From Fimbriimonadia bacterium (GTDB lineage: Bacteria > Armatimonadota > Fimbriimonadia > Fimbriimonadales > JABRVX01), in assembly GCA_041483895.1 (NCBI GenBank), contig JBGPGO010000012.1, forward strand, positions 64,001 through 128,000: a DNA stretch of 64,000 nt. The letters run 5' to 3'. The notes under the pieces are model-generated. The model did no database searches, was not told the DNA's origin, and saw only the letters and a list, made by a program, of their open reading frames with translations. This document shows, piece after piece, positions 20,331 through 30,589 of the stretch; the first letter of the stretch is position 1; the number at the start of each line of letters is the position of its first letter. The position numbers were made by a program, and so were the translations under genes.

Positions 20331-21407
20331 TTAGACCTTTAGATTGACCGGCTCTTCCTTCCCTGATTCCGAGCTTTTGTACAATGCGTCGAAGATGCCG
20401 TTAAGGATCAGCCCTTGCTCGCCCGGCACCACGGACTTCTTTCCGTGTCGGATGCTATCCACGAAGGTGGCGATTTCGACATCGTAAGGGCTATGCTTCG
20501 GCAAAAATGCCGGCATCATGTCGAACAGGGCGCCATCCTCTTCCCCGTATATTTCGACGTGCGGCTCGTCCAATGTGTTCACACGAATTCCCGCACGCTC
20601 CCCCATAATCTCCGAAACCATGATGTCATTCTTGATATTGGCGCAAAAGCTGCTCTCCAACACCACGACAGCCCCGTTATTGAACCGGATATGGCCCACC
20701 GCAAAGTCTTCTACTGTGAAGTCTTTGTAATTCCACTGACCCATTAGGCCTATCACATCGCTGCGCTTGCCGAATTTCTGAAAGGCCCGGCCGGAGGCGC
20801 TGACCGGCTTGGGATAGCCCATGAGGAAAAGGGTGAGGTCCAGGATGTGGACGCCGATGTCCACCAATGGTCCGCCGCCCTGCTTTTCCTTATCGTAGAA
20901 GACCCCCCAGCCGGGAATGCCGCGCCGCCGAAGGGCCTGCGCGCGGGCGTAGTAGACGTTGCCCAGCTTGCCGGCGTCGATGAAGCGCTTTAGGTATTGA
21001 GAGTAGCCGCTGAAGCGGTATTGGAGCGCCACCTGCAGGATTTTGCCGCTGTCAGCCGCGGCTTTGACCATCTTGCGGGATTCGTCGCCGTTTCGGGAGA
21101 GCGGCTTCTCACAAATCACATGCTTGCCCGCTTTGAGCGCGGCGATGGTCGGCTCCATGTGGAAATAGTTGGGGACGCAGATGCTGACGGCTTCGACGTC
21201 CGGGTCTTTGAGCAGGTCCTTATAGTTCGAGTAGGTTTTCGGGATATTGAATTTTTCGGCGGCCTTGCCGAGGGCTTCCGGGTTGATATCCGCGGCTGCG
21301 ACGATGCTGCATTCTCTTTCCAGCTTCGAGTAGCCGGGCATATGCGCATAGTTCGCGATCATCCCTGTTCCGATAATGCCGATTCCGACCTTCTTCCGTG
21401 TTGCCAA
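20331..21407 (-). CDS. Gfo/Idh/MocA family oxidoreductase
   Basis: IGTGMIA, HVICEKP and GGGPLVDIGVH motifs. TTG start with GGAG RBS. Confidence 0.93.
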   Translation of the reverse strand: MATRKKVGIGIIGTGMIANYAHMPGYSKLERECSIVAAADINPEALGKAAEKFNIPKTYSNYKDLLKDPDVEAVSICVPNYFHMEPTIAALKAGKHVICEKPLSRNGDESRKMVKAAADSGKILQVALQYRFSGYSQYLKRFIDAGKLGNVYYARAQALRRRGIPGWGVFYDKEKQGGGPLVDIGVHILDLTLFLMGYPKPVSASGRAFQKFGKRSDVIGLMGQWNYKDFTVEDFAVGHIRFNNGAVVVLESSFCANIKNDIMVSEIMGERAGIRVNTLDEPHVEIYGEEDGALFDMMPAFLPKHSPYDVEIATFVDSIRHGKKSVVPGEQGLILNGIFDALYKSSESGKEEPVNLKV

Positions 21408-21452
21408 AGCGTTGGACTCCTTTCCGAATCGAACGTTGGAGAATACCCTAGA

Positions 21453-21470
21453 CTGTGAATATTTTCACTT
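21453..21470. promoter_or_regulatory. Palindromic operator TGTGAA-TATT-TTCAC (Rex/CRP-like)
   Basis: Inverted repeat conserved exactly in the duplicated promoter at 23336-23353. Confidence 0.45.
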
Positions 21471-21545
21471 GCTTGGCATTTTGACCATTTCCGATTTATA
21501 ATGTAGGCGGTGTAGAAAAGCAAATTCCGCAAGGAAGGTGTAGGC

Positions 21546-23177
21546 ATGGCCATCACTTTGCGGATCGGTCGGGCATTTGTGTGGTGGAGCATACTCTCGG
21601 TCGTCAACTGCTCGTTTGCCGCGAACCCATCGATCCGATTCGAAAACGTAGCTGCCGCTGCGGGTCTCACATTGGACGGACCCGGCGGCAGTGGAACAGC
21701 GATCGGCGACTACAATCGCGACGGCTGGCTCGACATACTGTTTGTCGGCGATCCAAATCGCGGTCCGCATCTGTTTCGCAACAACGGCGACGGCACGTTC
21801 ACGAATGTTACAGCATCAGTTCTGCCCAACGACATGCCGAATGGCACGACCGCACTTTTTGTCGATCTTAACAATGACGGATACCCCGACATCGCGCTGG
21901 CGCGATGGTATGGGGATCGAAACGACACCGGATTTCATACTCTGATCAATCACGGCGGTGTCTATTTCGAGAACGGTGTTCTGCCGGAGAATATCGCCCG
22001 CGACCCCACGTGGACCGGCGGGATGGCCGCGTTCGACGTTGACAACGACGGCTACTTGGACATCGTTCTGCTGCATTATGAGGGCCCGACGTTTTATCTT
22101 CGCAATTTGGAGGGACTCGGTTTCGCCGATGAGACGCCACTGTTCGGGGCTGGGTTAGGCGGCAATCGAGCCAACTGGTCCTGCGTATTCGCCGATTTCA
22201 ACAACGATCATCTGACGGACATGCACGTTGCAATCGATCACGATGTCGACTATCAGTGCCGCAATTTGGGAAACGGCACATTCAAGGATGTTAGTCGGGA
22301 AGCCGGGGTCAGCAACGTCGGCTCGGACATGGGGCTGGCGATCGGAGACATCGACAATGATGGCGATTTAGATATCTATTCAACAAACATCGGCTTTCAT
22401 GTCCTGTATGTGAATAATGGTATGGGCGTGTTTATGGACGAGGCCGCGAACCGCGGAGTGCGGGACAACAAGGGCGGCCTGGAACTTGCTTGGGGGACCG
22501 TGTTTGGAGACTTCGATCACGACGGCGATTTGGATCTCACTTACGTCGCAATATCGCCCTATGGTTCGGTGTTCGAGAATAATGGGAAAGGGTATTTTGC
22601 CGACGTGACATCCATGGCGGGAGTCAATACGCTTGGAATCGCGGAGGCGATGTTCGATTACGACAACGACGGCGCGTTGGACCTGTTGATCATCGGCACC
22701 GACAAGGCGCCAAAGCTGTACCACAACGTCTCCCCAGGTCTCATGGGGAACCATTGGTTGGGGGTGGGTCTGGAAGGGACGATCTCGAATCGAGCGGGAA
22801 CCGGGGCGCGTGTCGAAGTTACGGCGGGTCAGACGACGATGATTCGGGAGATCATGGCCGGCGACTCGTTCTGGACCGGCAATCCTCAAACCGCGAATTT
22901 TGGGCTGGGCGGCGCGACCTCTGCCAAGACCGTCAAAGTGTATTGGCCGTCGGGGATCGTCCAGAAGATACGAAACGTCCCGGCCGACCAATACATCACG
23001 ATTGTGGAGCCGAAGAACCCCGATCTCACGGGGGACAAGGCGGTCGACATGAAGGACATCAACCTGGTATTTCTATCATTTGAATGGGATGACGGCGGCG
23101 ATGTGAACGGAGACGGCATCACGGATCTGGTCGACCTCGATCTTCTCTTACAGGTCTACGGCAGCATCTTGCGGTAG
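21546..23177 (+). CDS. CRTAC1-like FG-GAP repeat/ASPIC-UnbV protein with dockerin-like C-terminus (copy 1)
   Basis: Repeated GDxDxDGxLD motifs, GARVEV...FGLG...VYWPSG, and a terminal DLTGD/DVNGDG pair. Confidence 0.88.
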   Translation: MAITLRIGRAFVWWSILSVVNCSFAANPSIRFENVAAAAGLTLDGPGGSGTAIGDYNRDGWLDILFVGDPNRGPHLFRNNGDGTFTNVTASVLPNDMPNGTTALFVDLNNDGYPDIALARWYGDRNDTGFHTLINHGGVYFENGVLPENIARDPTWTGGMAAFDVDNDGYLDIVLLHYEGPTFYLRNLEGLGFADETPLFGAGLGGNRANWSCVFADFNNDHLTDMHVAIDHDVDYQCRNLGNGTFKDVSREAGVSNVGSDMGLAIGDIDNDGDLDIYSTNIGFHVLYVNNGMGVFMDEAANRGVRDNKGGLELAWGTVFGDFDHDGDLDLTYVAISPYGSVFENNGKGYFADVTSMAGVNTLGIAEAMFDYDNDGALDLLIIGTDKAPKLYHNVSPGLMGNHWLGVGLEGTISNRAGTGARVEVTAGQTTMIREIMAGDSFWTGNPQTANFGLGGATSAKTVKVYWPSGIVQKIRNVPADQYITIVEPKNPDLTGDKAVDMKDINLVFLSFEWDDGGDVNGDGITDLVDLDLLLQVYGSILR

Positions 23178-23178
23178 G

Positions 23179-23257
23179 GCCCTCGCCCACAATCCATCGC
23201 TGTTGATTGCCGACGGGTAATCTGGACTCCGATACGAGCTAGGGCATTATTCAATTG
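23179..23257 (+). pseudogene. Decayed internal fragment of ftsE at the duplication junction
   Basis: Matches 25569-25655 with an 8-nt deletion and a TGG>TAG change. Confidence 0.85.
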
Positions 23258-23335
23258 ATGCCGATTTTGGCCTTCCGACGTGTTGCCAAAGCGTGGGACT
23301 CCTTTCCGAAAGGGCCAGCTTCAGGATGCCCCAGT

Positions 23336-23353
23336 TTGTGAATATTTTCACTT
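23336..23353. promoter_or_regulatory. Second copy of the TGTGAATATTTTCAC operator
   Basis: Core identical to 21453-21470. Confidence 0.45.
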
Positions 23354-23422
23354 GTTTGGCATTTTGATCGATTCCATATTATGATGAACGCGAAAAGCAA
23401 GTTCCGCAAGGAAGGTGTTGAC

Positions 23423-25054
23423 ATGGCTTTCCCTCCGCGGATCGGCCGGTCGTTCGTGTGCTGGGGCATTTTGTTGGTTATCAATTGCTCGTGTGTTGCG
23501 AATCAGTCGATCCGATTTGAAGACGTAGCCGCCGCCGCTGGTCTCACGTTGGAAGGATCCGGTGGGTCCGGCATAGCGATCGGCGACTACAATCGTGACG
23601 GTCTGCTTGACGTTCTTTTTGTCGGCGACGCCAATCGAGGCCCGCAGTTATATCGGAACAATGGGGTCGGCACGTTCACCAATGTCACGGCTTCCGTACT
23701 TCCCAGCGACATTCCGAATGGCACGACGGCGCTCTTTGTCGATCTCAACAATGACGGATATCAGGACATCGCGATGGCTCGCTGGTATGGCGATAGCTGC
23801 AACATTGGATTCAGCTATCTGATCAATCACGGCGGCGCATATTTCGAAAATGGGATTCTTTCTGAAAATATCGGCCGGGCCCCGATGTGTGCCGGCGGAA
23901 TTGCCGCGTGCGATGTGGACAGTGACGGCTACCTGGATATCGTCCTGGTGCATAAGGACGGCCCTGGAGTCTATCTTCACAATTTGGGAGGCATGGGCTT
24001 TGCCGATGAGACGCCGTTATTCGGGGCGGGGCTCGGCAACACGCGGGTATCTTGGTCTTGCGTGTTTGCCGATTTCAACAATGATCATCTATCCGACATG
24101 CATGTCGCGATCGACGGCGCTGCCGACTATCAGTGCCGCAACTTGGGTAACGGCACTTTCAAGGATGTCAGTCGGGAAGCTGGTGTCGGCAACGTCGGCT
24201 CGGATATGGGATTGGCGGTCGGGGACATTGATAACGATGGCGATCTTGACATCTTCTCCACCAATATCAGCATCCAGGTCCTGTATATCAACAATGGCCA
24301 CGGAGTGTTCAAGAACGAGGCCGCAAGCCGCGGAGTGAAGGATAACAAAGGCGGATTGGACGTAGGTTGGGGGACCGTGTTTGGAGACTTCGATCACGAT
24401 GGCGACCTGGACCTGATTTTTGTCGCCATTTCATCGCCGGGCTCCGTATACGAAAATAACGCTCTAGGATATTTCACCGATGTGACTGACATGTCCGGGG
24501 TTAAGACAATGGGGCTCAGCATGGCGGCGTTTGATTATGATAATGATGGCGCGCTCGACCTCTTGATCACCGGCGTGGACGATGTGCCAAAGCTATACCA
24601 CAACGTTTCCCCCGCACTGATTGAAAGTCATTGGCTCGGAGTGAGCCTAGATGGAAACATCTCGAATCGCCAGGGTGTCGGGGCGCGTGTCGAGGTCACA
24701 GCCGGGCAGAACAGGATGATTCGGGAGTTGATGGCCGGTGACTCGTTCTGGACCGGTAATCCTCAAATCGCGAACTTCGGCCTGGACAGCGCGACCTTCG
24801 CGAACACCGTCAAAGTGTATTGGCCGTCGGGGATCGTCCAGACGATACGAGACGTTCCGGCCGACCAATACATTACGATTGTTGAGCCGATGAACCCCGA
24901 TCTTACGGGGGACAAGGTGGTCGACATGAAGGATATCAACCAGGTATTTCTGTCGTTTGAATGCGATGACGGCGGCGATGTGAACGGAGACGGCATCACC
25001 GATCTGGTCGACCTTGATCTTCTCTTACAAGTTTACGGCAGCATCTTGCGGTAG
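23423..25054 (+). CDS. CRTAC1-like FG-GAP repeat/ASPIC-UnbV protein (copy 2)
   Basis: Same length (1632 nt) as copy 1 and collinear with it. Same AAGGAAGG RBS. Confidence 0.88.
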   Translation: MAFPPRIGRSFVCWGILLVINCSCVANQSIRFEDVAAAAGLTLEGSGGSGIAIGDYNRDGLLDVLFVGDANRGPQLYRNNGVGTFTNVTASVLPSDIPNGTTALFVDLNNDGYQDIAMARWYGDSCNIGFSYLINHGGAYFENGILSENIGRAPMCAGGIAACDVDSDGYLDIVLVHKDGPGVYLHNLGGMGFADETPLFGAGLGNTRVSWSCVFADFNNDHLSDMHVAIDGAADYQCRNLGNGTFKDVSREAGVGNVGSDMGLAVGDIDNDGDLDIFSTNISIQVLYINNGHGVFKNEAASRGVKDNKGGLDVGWGTVFGDFDHDGDLDLIFVAISSPGSVYENNALGYFTDVTDMSGVKTMGLSMAAFDYDNDGALDLLITGVDDVPKLYHNVSPALIESHWLGVSLDGNISNRQGVGARVEVTAGQNRMIRELMAGDSFWTGNPQIANFGLDSATFANTVKVYWPSGIVQTIRDVPADQYITIVEPMNPDLTGDKVVDMKDINQVFLSFECDDGGDVNGDGITDLVDLDLLLQVYGSILR

Positions 25055-25118
25055 GGCCGAAGCCGGACTCTTTGCAGGAACCCTCGCGTCTGCGTGAAAA
25101 GGGTAAGTTATAAAGCGT

Positions 25119-25838
25119 ATGGTGGAGTTCGACAACGCAGGAGTAACCTACCCTAACGGAGTAGCGGCGGTGGCACGGGTTTCATTGCGAGTTGGCCCGG
25201 GCGAGTTCGTGTTTCTGACCGGGACGACCGGGGCGGGAAAATCCACCCTTCTGAAGCTGATTTACGCGGAGGTGCGGCCGACCGAGGGTCGCGTAATTGT
25301 CGGGGATAGGGTCGTCAACGAGCTACGGCCTCGTGAAATCCCGGCGTTGCGGCGGTCGATGGGAGTCGTACCGCAGGACTTCGCACTGCTCCCGAACAAG
25401 CGCGTGTGGGAAAACGTCGCGTATGCGCTGCGGGTCGTCGGGATGTCCAGACGGGAGATTCGGCGTCGGGTGCCGGACGTCATCGAGCGCGTCGGCCTGA
25501 TTCATCGCATTGAGAGCTTCCCCAATCAGCTATCCGGCGGCGAAGCGCAACGGGCGGCGATCGCGCGTGCCCTCGCCCACAATCCATCGCTCTTGATTGC
25601 AGACGAGCCGACGGGCAATCTGGACTCCGAAACGAGCTGGGGCATTATTCAACTGCTGGACCAAATCAACGCGCGGGGCGCAACGGTGATCGTCGCAAGC
25701 CATGACGAAGCGGTGATACGGCGGATCGGCAAGCGCGAGGTCCGAATTGAACAGGGTGAGGTCGTCTCCGACACGCGGCCTCCCGAAATGCGAGCGGTCG
25801 TTCAGATGGAGGTGGTTGAGCCTGTTCGATCGAATTGA
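25119..25838 (+). CDS. ftsE: Cell division ATP-binding protein FtsE
   Basis: [17 protein letters not shown] and ADEPTGNLD motifs. Followed by ftsX. Confidence 0.92.
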   Translation: MVEFDNAGVTYPNGVAAVARVSLRVGPGEFVFLTGTTGAGKSTLLKLIYAEVRPTEGRVIVGDRVVNELRPREIPALRRSMGVVPQDFALLPNKRVWENVAYALRVVGMSRREIRRRVPDVIERVGLIHRIESFPNQLSGGEAQRAAIARALAHNPSLLIADEPTGNLDSETSWGIIQLLDQINARGATVIVASHDEAVIRRIGKREVRIEQGEVVSDTRPPEMRAVVQMEVVEPVRSN

Positions 25839-26706
25839 ATTCATGCTTTCCGAGAGCTGCCAGGCGTTGATGCGCAACAAGCTCATGACGTTGGCGGCCA
25901 TCACCACCGCCGGCGTCTCGCTCCTCCTGCTCGGCGGGTTCCTGATCGGCTGGCTGGAGGTGGAGCGACAGGTGTCAACTCTTCCGGATAAGTTCGAATT
26001 GCGCGTATTTTTGCGGGATGACGTAACCCAAGAAGACACCGCGGCGATTCGGACGCGACTTACCGCCATGCCGGAATTGAACACCGTGCGATTTGTTCCG
26101 AAGGCCGAAGGTTGGAAGAAGCTCCAATCCCAATACGATAAAGAGTTGACGGCCGATATGCCGAATCCGGTGCCCGACAGCTTTGTCGTCAAATTGAAAG
26201 ACCTGCAATATGGCGACGACGTGGCGCAACGAATTCGGGAGATGCCGGAAGTGGATCACCAGGGAGTCGTCTATCTGAAAGAAGAACAGCGTCAGGTGAT
26301 GGCGTTCATGCGCTTTGTCCGCACCCTCGGGTTTTGCATCACGGGGGCGCTCATGTTCAGCACGGCCGTACTCATCTTCAACACCATTCGCCTCACAGTG
26401 ATCGCGCGGCGGCGCGAAATCCGAGTCATGAAGCTGGTCGGCGGCTCGGAGGCTACGATTCGGACCCCATTTCTCTTAGAAGCGATGTTTCACGGCGGGC
26501 TTGGAGGGCTGTTCGGCGCGGTCGCCTTGTGGTTCGCGGGCGGTACAATCTCGGAGTATCTGCCCGGTTTCGTCCGAAAGCCGGGGGAGATCACTTCCTT
26601 CCTGTTGATCGTAGTCGCCATGATGGCGGCCGGCACGACATTTGGGTTGCTTTGCGGCATATTCGGAACACGGAGGTTCCTGCGTGATGAACAGCCGGCT
26701 ACTTAG
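25816..26706 (+). CDS. ftsX: Cell division permease FtsX
   Basis: NTIRLTVIARRREIRVMKLVG...PFLLE motif. TTG start after GGAGG is inferred. Confidence 0.9.
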   Translation: MSLFDRIEFMLSESCQALMRNKLMTLAAITTAGVSLLLLGGFLIGWLEVERQVSTLPDKFELRVFLRDDVTQEDTAAIRTRLTAMPELNTVRFVPKAEGWKKLQSQYDKELTADMPNPVPDSFVVKLKDLQYGDDVAQRIREMPEVDHQGVVYLKEEQRQVMAFMRFVRTLGFCITGALMFSTAVLIFNTIRLTVIARRREIRVMKLVGGSEATIRTPFLLEAMFHGGLGGLFGAVALWFAGGTISEYLPGFVRKPGEITSFLLIVVAMMAAGTTFGLLCGIFGTRRFLRDEQPAT

Positions 26707-27832
26707 GACCATTTCCTTTGCGATCACTTGCTGCCTCTTCGTCTCTTATGCCCTCGCGGATCCGAAGGTTTCGCCGCCGAAGAAATCGCAAGCCACGCTC
26801 AAGAAAGAGCTCCACGCCAAAAAATCCAGGCTCGCCAAGATAAAGAAGCAGATCCGCCAAAAGCGGAGCGAGGTGCATGAGAAGCGGCAAGATATGCGGG
26901 AGGTCGACGCGCGCCTCGATCGAATTACCGGCTCGCTGGTGCGCACTAAAAACCAATTGGCCGATTCCCAGCAGCGGCTTCTCACGGTCACCGTCGAAAA
27001 CTCCCAGGCCGCGCTGAATCTCGTGATCCGTCAAGATCAGTTTGGCAGGAGGCTTCGAACGATCTACAAACAGGGCGATTCTCGATTCGTCAGCGCGCTG
27101 GTCGGCACGCAATCCGTCAGCGACCTGGCAAGCCGAAGCTACATCCTGCGCCGCATTGCCGAGCGGGACCGCAAGATCGCTGACGACTACCAAGATGCCA
27201 AGCGGGACCTGGATGCGAAGCGCGCTGAGCAGGCCGAATTGGTGCAGCGGGTCAAGAGCTCGCTTGCCCGGCTGGCCGAACAGGAGCAATCCCTCCAGGT
27301 CGCTTTGGACGACAAGAAGACCGCCTATCGGCAATCGGTGCAAGAATTGGCTTCGCAAGAGGCGCAATATGCGGAGGAAAACGCAGCAACTCTGCAGATC
27401 GAGGCGGAGCTTCAGCGGTACTACGCCACCCCGCAAAGCAGCACCGTCAGGCCCTGGAAAGGCGGATTCATCCGGCCTGTCAACGGCCCTGTCACATCCG
27501 GGTACGGATACCGCTTCCACCCAATTCTGCATACGCGAAAGCTTCACACCGGCATCGATCTCGGCTCGCCGCAGGGGACTCCGATCAAGGCAGCCGCGGG
27601 AGGCCGGGTGATTAAGGCGGAATATTATCGCGGCTATGGCAACTGCGTGATCATCGACCACGGCGGGGGAACTTCAACGCTTTATGGCCACTGCTCGGCG
27701 CTGCTGGTATCGGTCGGACAGAATGTTCAGCAGGGTCAGATCATAGCGCGGGTCGGCTCGACCGGTCTTGCGACGGGACCGCATCTCCATTTCGAGGTTC
27801 GCCGATTCGGCAAGCCGGTGCCGCCGAATTAG
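26687..27832 (+). CDS. Coiled-coil M23 peptidase (EnvC/murein hydrolase activator family)
   Basis: Signal peptide, long coiled coil, HTGID and TGPHLHFEVR motifs. Confidence 0.92.
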   Translation: MNSRLLRTISFAITCCLFVSYALADPKVSPPKKSQATLKKELHAKKSRLAKIKKQIRQKRSEVHEKRQDMREVDARLDRITGSLVRTKNQLADSQQRLLTVTVENSQAALNLVIRQDQFGRRLRTIYKQGDSRFVSALVGTQSVSDLASRSYILRRIAERDRKIADDYQDAKRDLDAKRAEQAELVQRVKSSLARLAEQEQSLQVALDDKKTAYRQSVQELASQEAQYAEENAATLQIEAELQRYYATPQSSTVRPWKGGFIRPVNGPVTSGYGYRFHPILHTRKLHTGIDLGSPQGTPIKAAAGGRVIKAEYYRGYGNCVIIDHGGGTSTLYGHCSALLVSVGQNVQQGQIIARVGSTGLATGPHLHFEVRRFGKPVPPN

Positions 27833-28026
27833 CAGCCGGTCAATCGACCGGCAGCCAGGCACTATCGCCGCCTAGCAAGCAGGCGAATCATCGTTCGGCG
27901 AACTAGTGACAATACCGGACTGTATCCGGTCATGTTGACAGCCGTAAAGGTTCGTTGTATCCTATATCAATACTAGCTCGGGATTTCCCCGTGCGTAATG
28001 TTTGCTTGGATTACCTGGAGGATGGT

Positions 28027-28692
28027 ATGAAGAAAGGTGCATTTGCTTTTGTCGTCTTAGCGGCGGCGCTTGCCTCTCCTGTTCTTGCGACGGATTACAC
28101 CATATCGTGGACCTGCGTTCTGGGCGGAAGTCTGTCATCCGGTGGCTCGACATTTCTTACCGGTCTTGTTAATTTCGGCGCGGACAACGTGTTGGACAAC
28201 GACGCGAACTTCACGTTTCCCGATGCCATGATTGGCGATGGCACAGGGATCGATGCGGGCACGCTCACAATTTTCTGCGACTTGGCAGTGGGCGGGCCGT
28301 ATCTGTTCACCGGCCTTACCGTCGACCTCATCGGGCAGCTCAAGGCAGGAACAAAGGCGCTGAATCCGCAGATCGCTTGGACGGAGAAAGTCTTCGATAC
28401 GACCAGCGGCAGCGTGCAGGTTGTCAATGATTCCGGAACCGATTTCTCGCAGCCGACGACGCGCTCATATAGCTTTGGTGCGGCAAAGAAGCTGCACATC
28501 GAAGAGACATTCAATCTGTCTGGGGTTACCTATAAAGACAACCAGGGGCAGACCCAAATCGATCAAGATGCGCTCGCCGCGCTGACTTTGGTTGAGAAGT
28601 CCATATCCGTAGTTGTGCCGGAGCCCAATGCGATCGCCGGGCTGGTGGCCGTTGCGGGCGTTCTCGCCGCTTATCGACTTCGACGGAAATAG
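28027..28692 (+). CDS. PEP-CTERM sorting domain protein
   Basis: Signal peptide and C-terminal VPEP + TM helix + RLRRK. Confidence 0.88.
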   Translation: MKKGAFAFVVLAAALASPVLATDYTISWTCVLGGSLSSGGSTFLTGLVNFGADNVLDNDANFTFPDAMIGDGTGIDAGTLTIFCDLAVGGPYLFTGLTVDLIGQLKAGTKALNPQIAWTEKVFDTTSGSVQVVNDSGTDFSQPTTRSYSFGAAKKLHIEETFNLSGVTYKDNQGQTQIDQDALAALTLVEKSISVVVPEPNAIAGLVAVAGVLAAYRLRRK

Positions 28693-28711
28693 GACAACGG
28701 CTTTAGCCGCG

Positions 28712-28741
28712 AACTCCCGCCCCCCGTTGGCGGGAGTTTTC
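28712..28741 (+). terminator. Rho-independent terminator
   Basis: AACTCCCGCC-loop-GGCGGGAGTT followed by TT, just after the PEP-CTERM stop. Confidence 0.65.
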
Positions 28742-28765
28742 GCTTTGGGGAGCGAACTGTTCGCT

Positions 28766-28954
28766 ATGCCCTATCCGCATCCAAGAACATACATCTGTTA
28801 CCGAACGGAATCTCTCGTCAGGATCGATGGCCGGTTGGGGGATCCAGCATGGGAGTTAGCCCCTTGGACCACCGACCGCTGCTTCGAAGCATCCGTTCGC
28901 CTCGGAACACAAACCGTCCGGATCAAGGACGACGGTCTCGTTTGGATCGATTAA
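28766..28954 (+). pseudogene. Remnant of a carbohydrate-binding family 9-like protein
   Basis: PRTYICYR...[16 protein letters not shown] resembles the N-terminus of CBM9-like proteins, but the ORF is only 62 aa. Confidence 0.5.
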
Positions 28955-29385
28955 TCAGGCCATAGCTTTCGGATTGCGCTGGGCAGAAGCGCCTTGACTT
29001 GCCGTACTTCGCCTTCGGAAACATTTCGCGATAAGACGCGAAAAACGCCTCGTGTCATCGTTTCCGCATCGACGAACGGTCGGACACCGAAATTGGACAT
29101 TACCTCGCTTAGGAACCCCTCCCGACTGCGGTCCCGGCTCGCTCTCGACGGGTTCCACTCATCATAGTAGATGCCGCGCAATAGCAGAGGCATTTGCGCG
29201 CCGAGTTGTGCAACTTCATTTATGGTCAGCCTGGCGCGCAGGGCATGCAACACGGATCGCAGGGCATGGTAAGCTTCCTGCCTATTCTTGAGTTCCAAAG
29301 AAATCATGACATCGGACAGCCAGGCACGTGTCTTTTGCACGGTACTGTCGAATACTTCTAAGGTGGAATCTCTCATTTTCATCAC
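28951..29385 (-). CDS. DUF2267 family protein
   Basis: [37 protein letters not shown] and [10 protein letters not shown] motifs. Confidence 0.9.
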   Translation of the reverse strand: MMKMRDSTLEVFDSTVQKTRAWLSDVMISLELKNRQEAYHALRSVLHALRARLTINEVAQLGAQMPLLLRGIYYDEWNPSRASRDRSREGFLSEVMSNFGVRPFVDAETMTRGVFRVLSRNVSEGEVRQVKALLPSAIRKLWPD

Positions 29386-29462
29386 CTCTTCTGATTCACG
29401 ATACCGCGACAGTGGCGAGGGATCAAGTCGGAGAATTCAACGACAAGCGCAAAGGAGAAATT

Positions 29463-29539
<77 letters not shown>

Positions 29540-29586
29540 GGCCTGATTATACCCGATCTTGTACTTCGGACGCGCGACTCGAAGTT

Positions 29587-29637
29587 GCGACACGGTCAGG
29601 AGACCGGTCGCATCTGGGTAGGCCGGTCGCATCTGGG
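29587..29637 (-). repeat. Family R REP copy plus half copy
   Basis: GCGACACGGTCAGGAGACCGGTCGCATC at 29587-29614. Confidence 0.85.
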
Positions 29638-29819
29638 CATTCATGTTGGCCAGATTTGCCCGCTGGTAAGTCCCGCAACTAATACGTGGTACACTTCGAC
29701 AAGTGACCCGGCGCACATTGATTAGATTCACGCGACCGGGCCACAAGTATGGATCGGCTATTGCCCGTTTTCATTTGCCTTCTCCTGGAAAGAAAATTGA
29801 TTGACAAGGAGAAAACAAC

Positions 29820-30536
29820 ATGCAGAACATCACCCGATCGCTGGTTGCGGCGTCGCTCCTAGCGACCGCATTCGCCGCCAACGCCACGATTACAATCAAC
29901 GAAATCCGCATCGACCAGGTCGGCACGGACAACGATGAATTCTTTGAGCTTACCGGGATGGCCGGCGATTCCTTGAACGACCTTGCGTACATCGTCATCG
30001 GCGATGGAACCGCCACGACCAAACAGGGCGTCATCGAGAATGTGACGAAGCTGACCGGGCTCTTCATCCCTGTCGACGGTTACTTTCTCGCCGTCGAGCC
30101 GACCTTTACGCTCGGCATCGGCAATGCCGATCTCGTGACCGCCGCGAATGGCCTCAATTTCGAAAACAGCGACAACGTGACCCACATGCTGGTTCGAGGG
30201 TTTACTGGCGCCAATGCTCAAGATCTGGATACCAATGATGACGGAATCCTCGACTTCACACCTTGGACTTCCATCGTAGATTGGGTCTCTGTAATCTCGG
30301 CTACCGGACCGCCGACGGGAGACTATACGTATTCCCCGATCACTGTCGGTCCGGACGGTACTTTCCCACCGTCTCATGTCTATCGGTTGCCCAACGGTTC
30401 CGGCCCTTGGCAGATTGGCAGTTTTGATTTTCTCGATTTCGACACGCCGGGGTCCGCGAACGTTCCAGAGCCCGGAAGCGTCGCGGCCGTTTTAACCGGC
30501 TTCGCCGGCCTTCTGGCGATCCGCCGCCGCCGATAG
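29820..30536 (+). CDS. PEP-CTERM protein with lamin-tail-like domain
   Basis: Signal peptide, INEIRID...EFFEL...TPGSAN, and VPEPGS + TM + RRRR. Confidence 0.88.
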   Translation: MQNITRSLVAASLLATAFAANATITINEIRIDQVGTDNDEFFELTGMAGDSLNDLAYIVIGDGTATTKQGVIENVTKLTGLFIPVDGYFLAVEPTFTLGIGNADLVTAANGLNFENSDNVTHMLVRGFTGANAQDLDTNDDGILDFTPWTSIVDWVSVISATGPPTGDYTYSPITVGPDGTFPPSHVYRLPNGSGPWQIGSFDFLDFDTPGSANVPEPGSVAAVLTGFAGLLAIRRRR

Positions 30537-30550
30537 TTGATTCGTGCGAA

Positions 30551-30583
30551 GGGCCGCCGCTTCCGTTCTAGAGGCAGCGGCCC
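30551..30583. terminator. Hairpin between convergent genes
   Basis: GGGCCGC...GCGGCCC stem. Confidence 0.5.
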
Positions 30584-30589
30584 AATTCC

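Noticed and set aside
21546..25054. Diversity-generating retroelement (TR/VR pair)
   Set aside because: Similarity spans whole genes and promoters, differences are not adenine-specific, and no reverse transcriptase is present.
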